From Tubulanus polymorphus (lineage: Eukaryota > Animalia > Nemertea): a stretch of 64,000 bases of DNA. Under the pieces are notes generated by a model, which had not been told where the DNA came from, made no database searches, and worked only from the letters and a program-made list of their open reading frames with translations. Positions 49,001 to 59,231 of the stretch are shown here, in pieces. Numbering within the stretch: the first letter of the stretch is position 1; each line of letters opens with the position of its first letter. The translations under genes and the position numbers were made by a program. The stretch is from positions 16,950,560 through 17,014,559 of the forward strand of contig NC_134027.1 of the NCBI RefSeq assembly GCF_964204645.1, in the 5' to 3' direction.

Positions 49001-50713
49001 TCTTGATTAATTGCACCCAATTTTCTGATAATTGTTTTATAAATAGATGGGTATCATATCCTGATAAATTATGAAATAATATTGGTACGAAATTTACTTT
49101 TTTAGCTTGTAAATTGCAATCTTCATGAGCAGCTCCACGATATTTTGAATTCAAATGATCATGATCTCTAACTTTTTTATCAAATGAATAAAAATGTTTT
49201 TCACAATAACAACAATGAGTTGCATAATTAAAATCAATTTCATCTTCTTTTATCATAACTATTCTTTTATTTTTGTTTAATAATTTTGCAAAATCACTTT
49301 CTAATTTAATCATTTTATCACAGAAATCATTAACTACATTTTCACCTCTAAAAGAAATATATTGACTTTCATATAATTCGGGATAATTTGATTTTATATA
49401 AATTCCATAAGCAGCAGCTCTTTGATGAACTTTTTCAATTGTATTTATAATTGGTGGGTCTTGTATTGTGTCTTCATTTAATTCATTTCCTTTATCCATT
49501 GATTTTAATAATTGCTTTTTGTTATATATTTCTTTTCTATCTTGATCAGTTAATTCTTTATTCAACGATTCAAAATCCCCATAAATTACAAATGGAACAA
49601 TATTTTTAAATTTATGATTAGTAAATTTCAATTTATAATCTTTTTCTGTTGGCATTATTAATTTACAAAAATCTTTATTATATAATGTTTCATATTTCCG
49701 ATAATCTGTTATTCTACAAACATTTTCCTGTGTTGGATGTAAACAACTAATAATTGACCATAGAAAACATTTATTATCTTCATTTTGAACATTTATTACT
49801 GCTTTTGTTATAAATGGTAATTTAATATAAGATGATGCTTTAATATCCTTTTCTGTTGTAAAGTTTGAATCATTTTTAAACATTTTATTACTTTTTGATG
49901 TTTTATTTCTTTTTGTATTATAAACATTTAAATCTAAATATATAATTTCATTCAATGTTAAGCCAGAACCCTCAAAATATCTTTCTTCAATATGACATTT
50001 AAATTCATTTAATATTTTTTCTAACTTCTCTTTTATTTGTGTTTTTGAAATTATTTCTTCAGAGTGTGTTTGAATATTATAATTCATTTTTTCTTCTGAC
50101 TTTATAAAACTTACTTTCCCAGAGATACTAATTTTTGGATATTCAACATCTGTTATCAAATCTAGTATTTTTCCATTATTTCATTAAATTTACTATAATC
50201 TTCTATTGTTGTACCTTTAAAGAATCTAAATATAATAGCTGCAGGACCAATTTTACTATGTAATGTTTCTAAGATTTCAATTGTATCTTTTATTTCTAGT
50301 GAATCAATATAATTTCTAACATTTTCCATGTAAGGTTTATTTGAAATGGATTTAGTTTTTGAAGTTGATTCTTTTACTTTTTGAGGTTTATTATCAAAAT
50401 AATCTTCTCCTAAAACATTATTACTCAAATTTTGATGGTGTTTTTGTGATTCGAGATGTCTATTATAATTCCTTTTTACTATAAATTCATTACAAACTTC
50501 ACATTTTATTTCATCCACATTCATATTTTCTAATCGTTCTTTTCTTTCATTGGAATTTTCTGGAGTTTCAAAATCTATAACATTTTTTATATGATTTGAA
50601 GATTTTTCATGTTTAGATTTATTAGATTTATCGATGTATTTTTTACAATATTGACAATAATATTGATTTTTATTGACATTATTGTTTTCTAGTTGGTGTT
50701 CATTCTCCCCCAT
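46001..50713 (-). pseudogene. polB: pPolB of Polinton B, intein-containing, fragmented by frameshifts and an in-frame deletion
   Basis: ORFs 50162-50713, 48996-50159, 48022-48774, 46001-47977 carry all PolB motifs; YFD^TDA. Confidence 0.95.
46457..47521 (-). mobile_element. Intact 355-aa intein with LAGLIDADG homing endonuclease
   Basis: Block A SVTADTP, B DITEDHSL, C KGFFMGDG, D KIVP, E IGFYAADG, F YVYDLST, G IAVN, followed by +1 Thr. Confidence 0.95.
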
Positions 50714-50798
50714 TTATTAGGAAAAAAAATTACTTGTGGTGATGAGTGGTGTCTCGTACTCTCGTACTCTGATCTGAAAGCCTACTTTTCTAATTACT
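50709..50798 (-). repeat. Polinton B right TIR
   Basis: Reverse complement of 26807-26896; includes the pPolB ATG. Confidence 0.93.
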
Positions 50799-51239
50799 TA
50801 TATAATCATCTTTGTTTATATCTAATTCACCATGATTCTTAAAACGATAATAAGTAGGTATATTAGCTTCTTTTCTTAATTTTTCAAAGTATTTATCAAA
50901 ATCATCATAATAAAAATCAAAATGATATCTAAAATTATTTATCAGATAACTTAAATCTATTTTTCTAAAATATAATAATATATACATTGTTTAGGATTAT
51001 ATTCTGCATAAGCTAATAATTTATCAAATAACAACTTATAGAATATATAATATTGTTTAGTTTAGGATTAAAATATTTGATATATTTCTTTGGGTTATTT
51101 AACAATGGTATCATACTCACCATTTTATAAACATTAATTAGATGTAATTTTGATTTATAATGAGTATTTTCATCAACAGGTTCAATTTTCTTATTACAAT
51201 ATTGGCACGTTTTATTTCTTTCGATTTCTTCTAATTTCA

Positions 51240-51741
51240 TCAATTCAAAATCTAATGGAATTGTATATTTGCTTCCATAAATCTTTTTGATCAAATTATC
51301 TACGTCATTAGTTACTACTGCATTATTGGCTTCAGATCTTAATTTATTTTTTTGGTTTTCTGATTGGATGCCTTGAAATGTCATATTATTTCTATTTTCT
51401 TTAGTTAACCATAAATTTTAATAATGCATAAATAAATTATAATCATCTAATGAAAAAAACTTTTCTTGACCAATCTTTAAAGTTAATTTTTTAATCCAAT
51501 ATCTTCCAACATTATCAACTACATAATTATTATTATTACCAGTTACATTTATATCAGCTGATAAATAATTACTATTTGGAACATAAAAATTATTTTGTGT
51601 TAATCTAGTGATTCTAACATATAAGGTTTCATTAGGATTAATATTAGAAGGGTTATGAGTAGTTATATGATGAGATCTTTCTGCTTTAATAGCATTAGAT
51701 ATTCTAGGATTCTTAGAAGTATTTATATAACTCCCACTCAT
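51240..51741 (-). pseudogene. Polinton A major capsid protein, 3'-deleted
   Basis: Highly similar to 39060-39556; fused to an unrelated Zn-finger fragment at ~51240. Confidence 0.8.
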
Positions 51742-51761
51742 TTATTCAACATAAAAATTAA

Positions 51762-53185
51762 TTATTTATTTTCTATCATATTCACTAACCCAAAAATAAT
51801 ATCACTTACAACTGTAATTAAAAATAAGATTATATGTGCAGCAGCAAAGTTAAGAATATTCCCAGCAGATTTTAAAACAAATCCGACAATCGATGCAATA
51901 ACTGCAGCAGATTTTTTGGATAGTTCCCATAAATATTTTGCTGATTTTTTTAAACCATCCTTAACTTTATCTTTTATAGAATTATTATCATTTGGGGGTT
52001 TATCTGGTTTATTCGGACTTGGTGTAGATTTCAATGAATTTGATATTGCTAAACCTATTGTTGTAAATACCATAGTTACAGCTGTTAGAATTGAAAGAAT
52101 TGTTATACCTTCAAACTTGAATAATAATTTTATTTTGTCTTTCAATGATATTTCAGAATTTGGTTTTATTATTAACTCTTTAACAACAACTTTTAATCTA
52201 TTAATACAATAATCATATGATTTAATAATAATTTCATTTTTTCTTTCTGAAATTCTATGTTATATTCTAAATCATCAATTTCTTTTTCTAAATATGCATT
52301 TCTTTTTTTAAATTCAATTTCTTTAATAATTTTAAATTCTCTATCTAATTTTAATTGTTCTAATTCTTTTCTGGTGTCAAATAATTTATTTTCAAAAGGT
52401 TTAATTTTATTATATCTAATATTTTTTTCGCGCGCAATTTTATCGGGTTCATTTCGTAAAGTTATTATTTATCTAATTGTTTTTTTCAGAAAACATACTT
52501 AAAGCTTCTATTTCTTGATCTGTTGCATCAAGTAATCCATTCGGTAAAAGTTTTTCAGTTGAACTTCGTTTGATTTAAGTTTACTTTTTTTTGGAAATTA
52601 TATTCTGTTCAGAAGTTGTTTCTGTTTCTAAATTATCATTGATTATTTAAAATTATTCATTAATTCTTTCTTTAAATACTCTTTTATTTTGATTTATTTC
52701 TTCTTGTGAAACATTTTCTATTTCATTACTATTATTACTTATTCTTTTAATTCAAGATGGTTCTAAATTACTCAAAGTTGATTCCGCTAATATTTTGTTT
52801 TGATTTTTATAAGTGATATTAATATAATAATCATCTTTCAAATGATAATAATATTCACCATCTAAAGATTTTAATTCTGTTACTAAAAGTCTGGTGTCTC
52901 TATCATTTATACTATATCCCGATCTTTCAAATATAGGTTTCAAATTATAAATATATTCATTATATTCTAAAATAAATCTGGATTTTCATTTTCAGGATTT
53001 ATTTTCGATTTAGTTCTTCTATTAAATTCGTCTGTTGATGTGGCTTTAGAACCACTATCTGCTAAATTAGAATTATACGCTGATCCATCATCATTATCAA
53101 TATTAGTTTCATTAAAATCAGGTTGTGGTTCATCACTTATACCGGGGGCGTCTCCAAAAGTATCCATTGGAATATCTTCTTCCAT
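51762..53185 (-). pseudogene. Polinton A homolog of the 474-aa coiled-coil membrane protein
   Basis: Pieces 52967-53185, 52752-52943 and 51762-52145 are collinear with 39581-41005. Confidence 0.85.
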
Positions 53186-53201
53186 TTATATAATAAAAAA
53201 A

Positions 53202-54720
53202 TTAAAATTCAAAATATAATATTCCTCTTAATACAATTCCTATACAAGTTATAGCTAATTTAGTATTTTCATGGGATTTATTATCATTATTAGTTTTAGT
53301 TATATCATGTTGAATAATATCAGTTTTTATATCACCGTGTGGGTGCCGTACGGCACCATTTTTTGGAGTATTGTTATCTTTTATTTTAGAATCATTATTT
53401 AATTTGATATTCTTAGTTTTAGTTTCTGTTGATTGAATATGTTTTTTAAATTTTTTTCACCTTCCATTAATTTTGGAGCAGTAATAATCTTTTTATCTAT
53501 ATCATTCAATCCAAATGAATTATTTATTGTTGCAGTTTTTATCAAATTATTATAACCAATTATATTTCCCATTTTTAATACCAAATCATTAGAAATAATC
53601 AATAGATTAGGGCCTATACAATAATTTAATCTAATATGTGATTTATCTAGATAATTTTGGTACCTAACTATGTTTTCTGGAATCGATCTATTTTTATCAT
53701 TATGAATGGAATCTTCAAATAATACTTTGAATTGTTTTTGTGTATCAAATGAAGTTTTATCATTTCCAACTATTGGTGATCTTGTTTCAACTTGCGCACC
53801 TAAAATACATATCAAATAAGTTCTAATTGATTGATTTATTCTTTGTATACCTGATTTTGTAAAACCTTCACTATTTTCTAAAATAAAATTAATCAAACCA
53901 TTATTATTATCAATTTTATAATTATGATAAGCTCCAATTCTATGTATATAATCAATTCTTTTTATTTCATACTCTTCACCAATACCTTGCAATTTACCAT
54001 GCGCTCTAAAATCGGAATTAATATTTATATCAAATTCATTACATATTTTATAAAACTTAGATGGATTAATATTATTATCCAATTCTTTAAAATATTTAGA
54101 TCCGGGAAAAGGACATTCTAATTCATTTAATATTATTCTGATTTGAAAATATGTGTGAAATCTAAATATTGTGTGAATTAATTTTAAATCAGAATAATTC
54201 AAGTTTTTATCTAAGTTATTTAAATGATCATTCCAACTTATACCACAACCAGTTGTTGCACAATAAACAGCAGAATTTAATTGATTCTGCCAATATTTCA
54301 TATTAGATTTTACTTTATATATATGATATTCATCTCGAGTAAAAGTAACTTCATATGTATTAAATATATTTTCCATTTTAGAAATAAAAAATGGGGTATA
54401 ATAATCTGATAATTTAGGTTTGTATAGATGTAATTTTTCTTTATTTGTTACTGCGTTATATAAACTCATTGCATCATCGACTAATCTCTATGTGAAATTT
54501 TCTGATCATATAATTCTTTATTGATGTAATCCATATAGTTTTGCCTCTTTTCTCTATATTCTTCTGCTGCTTTATTGTATTTCTGTAGTGCTAAGTTATG
54601 TATTTTTTGTTCTGATAATGATCCATTTTTATAAATATGCTTAAATAAATAACCACCACCAGTAAATGCTAAAGCGTTAACAATTGCCGATCCTATTATA
54701 GTTATAATTGCATAAGCCAT
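53202..54720 (-). pseudogene. Polinton A homologs of the 140-aa and WQNQLN genes fused by deletion
   Basis: Junction SDYYTP|FFISKMEN near 54390 removes the 144-aa gene. Confidence 0.85.
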
Positions 54721-54780
54721 TTATTTAGCAAAAAAATATGCATTTATATAGGAGGAATATATTTTTGTTTTTCCAAATAA

Positions 54781-55101
54781 TCAATAGTTAAATTTAGTTA
54801 TCTTATTAATGATTAATTCAACATTTATTTCATTACTACTTTTATGATTATCATATATTTTAGATAATATATCTTTAATATCATCGATAATTCCATCTTG
54901 ATTTAATTCATAATATTCTAAAGGCGTTTTAATTAAATCAATTACTTTATCTATATTATAAATTTCTTTATTAATCATTGATGCATTGTTAAATGATTTA
55001 CTTTTAATATCAGTAGTCACATCATTTAGTCTAATTCTCATTTCTTTACCATGTTTAAAATCAAACCCAAAACATATACTCGGTCCAACAGTTATATTCA
55101 T
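54781..55101 (-). CDS. Homolog of 43506-43850 (3' end altered by deletion)
   Basis: MNITVGPSICFGFDFK shared. Confidence 0.7.
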   Translation of the reverse strand: MNITVGPSICFGFDFKHGKEMRIRLNDVTTDIKSKSFNNASMINKEIYNIDKVIDLIKTPLEYYELNQDGIIDDIKDILSKIYDNHKSSNEINVELIINKITKFNY

Positions 55102-55117
55102 TTATATATTTGAAAAA

Positions 55118-55871
55118 ATTACTCTCTACATCTTAAAACTAATTCATATATCACAGGAAAGTTATTCAAATCAATTAAATATCCATTATGATTTCTAATT
55201 TCTAATCTAAAATTATTAAATTGAGGAATGCATGGTTTGAAATCACATTCTGTTAAATTATAATTTGTTTGCGTTCCAAATTCTTTAACATTCTTCAATG
55301 GTTAAATGTTTAATAAACCAGAATTACAAGTTATATCTTTAGTTGCTTCGAATGTTTTGTAGGATCGATTAAATTGCAATAAATATAAAAGTGTGTAAAA
55401 GGTATTAAGTTTGGTGTAGCATCAATATTTGTAAAAGATTTATCTGGAGGAATTCCCAACAGTTTAGCTATAGGTTTTTTTATCATAAATTTATGTTTTC
55501 CAATATCAGCCAACTTATCTTTATTTTGTCAGAACTCTCACTTTTTAAAAATCTAATATTAAACCCGGAATTTATACCTGACTTGTGCCAGGCTTTTCTA
55601 TTAATTTCTTGTGCCAATGTATCTAAATTATATAACCCTGGTTTTAAATATATATAGGCCCATTCATTTTCATTTTTATTACAAATTAAAAAGCCTCTAT
55701 GTTCAACAGTTTTATTCGATATATTCTAAAATGAGTTACATAAACTAATATTTACTAATTTTAAATCTACACAATTCTTAAATTCTCTAATATTACTAGT
55801 AAATTATGTGATTTATAATTTGTAAGTCTTCTTGAATCAACAAATATTCTGTATTTTTTTCATTCCACCAT
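55118..55871 (-). pseudogene. Polinton A penton
   Basis: Collinear with 43867-44619, frameshifted. Confidence 0.82.
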
Positions 55872-55888
55872 TTATTTTACATATTTTC

Positions 55889-56230
55889 TTATTCGAAATC
55901 TATTTCATGGTGCCCTTTTTCATTCTTACCTTTGTATATGAAATGGAAATCACCTGAACATAATTCTTCTAAATCTTCACTTGATAATCTATGAAATCTA
56001 TCTGGTAAATATGTTCTGAATTTATATTCATTTCCTTTTAATCCTTCATATTCTAAGTGGATAACTAATTTATCTCCATAGTTATTAGTAACTGTATCAA
56101 TATTTGTAATTAGATATTTCTTATGAATTGTTAATTCTGTTAACTTTTTGAATTTATAATCTACAGATTTTACGTTTGAAGTATCTTTGACTCTATCTAA
56201 GAATTCACTGTGTATTTGTTTACTCTCCAT
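55889..56230 (-). CDS. TIR-encoded small protein (putative OB-fold ssDNA-binding)
   Basis: Intact 113 aa; homolog of 26892-27218. Confidence 0.8.
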   Translation of the reverse strand: MESKQIHSEFLDRVKDTSNVKSVDYKFKKLTELTIHKKYLITNIDTVTNNYGDKLVIHLEYEGLKGNEYKFRTYLPDRFHRLSSEDLEELCSGDFHFIYKGKNEKGHHEIDFE

Positions 56231-56405
56231 TTTAATAACAATTTTTTTAATTAAAATTGATTTTAGAAGTCATTCCTATTTATATATATGAATATTTTAA
56301 GAGTAATAGGGAATAAGTTGTTTCGAGTTAAAGGTTGAAGGGTCGGAAAATAAATTCGAGTGTGCGAGAATTTATTTTTCGACCCTTCGACCTTTAGCTT
56401 GAAAC
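55889..56405 (-). repeat. Polinton A right TIR (outer tip truncated)
   Basis: Reverse complement of ~17727-18243; hairpin 56302-56405. Confidence 0.88.
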
Positions 56406-56717
56406 TATGAAACAATCATAGAAATTCAAACCTTTTAGGGTTTTGCTAATATAGAAAATTTTACTCTTACGCAAACAAACAGATAAACGGACAGCAAAAC
56501 ATCGCCGCCAGTCTGGCGAACGTAATATTAAGGGTTCATTCAACTATGGTAAAGTAACTATAGGCCCTATTTAGGGATCTTAAGTTAATGGATCTTAGGT
56601 TTAGCAAGTTATGTCAATATAGTGTTATGATAGGCAATTTTTGATATTTCATGCGTAATCGATTTACGAAAAACATGTTTGGGAACTGAGACAACTCCGG
56701 GCTTGTTTCTTAACCAG

Positions 56718-56876
56718 GGCCCGGTTTCATAGACTGAGTATTAAAGTTATCCCTAGGGGTAAATCCTCGATCTGGGTGACAACCACCATAGTTACAATGA
56801 GAAAACATGGTTATAACTGACACATTTTAAGATCTTCCCAGGGACTATTTTTATTCCATATCTATGAAACCCAGCC
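56718..56876. mobile_element. Possible Harbinger-like MITE
   Basis: GGCCCGGTTTCATAGA / TCTATGAAACCCAGCC imperfect TIR; TSD not clean. Confidence 0.45.
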
Positions 56877-58397
56877 TTGGTCGCTAAGAAGATTAATTCT
56901 TGGGGGCCTGGTGGGCGAATCAGGTCCCGAGGTTGGTCGTCGGCCCTCCCCAAATGTGGTGGCGTTGGTCACGAGAATAGTTCCTTGGAAACCAAATTTT
57001 GAAAAGTATAAAAATAAGAGACATAGCTGAACTAGTCGGAGAGCACACACTCGATAAATTAGGAGCCAAAGATTTGTAAATGGTGTCGATACTTAGGAAA
57101 CACGAATAATAAAATAGTTGTGAGTATCTAGATTACGGAATATATACACATAAGTTGTTTATTTATTTTGGTCTCGGGTCAAAATCCAATTTGTGTCGTT
57201 GTACGGAGCTGAGGACGGATACGCTCCCCCAAGATATTTCGGTTCGTTCTTCGGGTCGCATAACAACGGTTTCCTTCTTCGGGTCGCATAACAATAGTCT
57301 GTGTCATCTGATATCGGCCGATAAACCATTTTTGCGGCCAAGGGGCAGATTTAGGGGATGGTCCCCGAGCCCATATTCCTGCCTTCCCACTGAGATTATA
57401 GGCACAACGTAAAAAAAACTCATACTAACTAACTGTATTATTTTATCGATAGCTCGCAAAACAAGATTAGTTGGTTTAGTCATCTCGTTTGGCCAAAATG
57501 AGTCGATTGAAGCTTAACCTTTCAAAGTTGAAATAGTCTAGATTTGAACTTTGATAGATAGAAGAAAATCTCTTTCCTTTTCTTATATTCTTTTTTCTTT
57601 CATTTGACCATTTAAACACAAAATGAGCAGCCGCGGCCATATTTAAGACGTGTGCAGCGGCGGCCGGGACCGTCTTTCAGACCCTACCAAACAACCTCGA
57701 CTTCGACCTCGACAACGAATCGCCAAGTGATGGCGCAAGTTAATCCAGACGTCTAAACACGATTGCGTAACCATGTCTGCTGGCCGCGAGCGGTTACCCG
57801 AGCTCATTAAGGAAAATGAATAAATTGTATATATCCCCGAAGCTAATACCGAATTAATTAGCTTCCCATGGTGCATTAGTCGTATACAATGAAGAAACTA
57901 TCATTCAAAAAAAATAACCAGCCCCGTCGCTAATTATGCTCAGTTTTTTTTTTGGTATGTTGAAATTGGATTCGATCGTTTCAGGTGTAATGAAATAAAT
58001 ATCTTAATTACTGGCATCGTCAACTTATTTGAGTGTTATCGTTGTTTGCGCGCGAGTATCGCTTCAAAGAGTACAGTAGGCCATGTTTGCAGAAACGATT
58101 GCCGATTATCGACCCGAGAAAGGGTCGATTATCAGGTTTCTGATTGCCGATTGCCGATTGGCGACTTCTGAACATTACTTCACGTGCCCCCTTCTATCGA
58201 TCTGCGCGTATTAATACTTTTCTCAGTGAAAATGTTGGACACACAGATCTACTTTTACCTGTTCTGGAGTTGAGTCGGCTCTTCTACTACTACTGAAATG
58301 AACCTGGTTGAAATAGGGGTACTCGCCGAAGATGTCGCAGATGTCAATGCAGTTGTCCGTGGAGGACGTGTTAAAGTACCCACCATGTAGTAGGGCT

Positions 58398-58790
58398 AGT
58401 TCAGTAATTAAATATGTTTCATTTAATGATATAGTTTTCAATGTTAAATAATGAAAATAAGTTATTAGTTTCTTTGATTTCGATTTTGAATTTGGGTTCT
58501 TCTTCTTTCTTCATTGTTATAACAAAACTGTCATTAAAATAAGTTCTACTTAAACAAAATATAAATATTCACTGTTTCCAATACGAATTATTTCACTCAC
58601 ACTTATTACTATAATTACTATGTATAGTTATTTCTCTATATTTGATATTATATATCTAAATTATTTTGCTAACACTTTACTCACACTTTTGTTCGCTAAG
58701 ATTTTCATATATATGATATTCATTCATATGTTATTCATATATATGGAATTACTAGAGTAATTAGATAATGGTTGTTTCAGATTAGGAAAA
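58398..58790 (-). mobile_element. Decayed relic of the family C element
   Basis: Matches 1630-1665 and 1770-1850; CACTTTACTCACACTTT repeats; half hairpin AGTAATTAGATAATGGTTGTTTCAG. Confidence 0.7.
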
Positions 58791-58807
58791 TAAAAATAAA
58801 TTATATT

Positions 58808-59231
58808 ATATTTCAGCCATTCAGCCTTCTTCAGTACAAACAATCAGTCACAGTTATCGAGTTATCGGTCACCTAAATATTTTCCATGGAAACACGTCCT
58901 TGGATACGAGTTGCAAATGGTATGACAAATAACAATTAATTCAGTAATATAACTCTCGCTCTAGTAACAATAAATAACACACATAAACGAAGAATTAAAG
59001 AATCCCAGCTCATTGAAAACCTTGGAAAATTACATCCGTATGGTTTGAATCAGGAAGGTGATACTTATAATCCGTCATGAATGTATATATCCCAATTAAA
59101 TTTAAATTAATTGTTATTTGTCATACCATATGCAACTCGTATACAAGGACGTGTTTCCATGAAAAATATTTGTGTAACCGATAACTGTGACTGATTGTTT
59201 GTACTGAAGCAGGCTGAATGGCCGAAATATT
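58808..59231 (+). mobile_element. Penelope-like retroelement 3' relic with inverted pLTR and hammerhead motifs
   Basis: Inverted arms 58808-58941 and 59105-59230; spacer encodes KESQLIENLGKLHPYGLN (GIY-YIG tail-like); CTGAAG(A/C)..GGC..GCC.GAAA cores. Confidence 0.7.

Larger units (their letters stand above)
26807..50798 (-). mobile_element. Polinton/Maverick B, complete ends, nested in Polinton A
   Basis: 90-bp TIRs starting AGTAATTAG; 6-bp TATATA on both flanks; pPolB, INT, ATPase, MCP and penton genes. Confidence 0.93.
17710..56405 (+). mobile_element. Polinton/Maverick A (~14.7 kb without the nested Polinton B), decayed
   Basis: Inverted terminal regions 17710-18243 and 55889-56405; pPolB, INT and ATPase on the left arm; penton, membrane genes and MCP on the right arm; right tip truncated, so no TSD visible. 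Confidence 0.82.

Noticed and set aside
39675-55198. Hydrophobic plus-strand ORFs opposite the capsid modules
   Set aside because: Antisense shadows of Lys/Asn/Glu-rich minus-strand genes
51240-55871. Tandem duplication of Polinton B structural genes
   Set aside because: Lies outside the B TIR/TSD and is bounded by the A TIR, so it is better explained as the right arm of Polinton A
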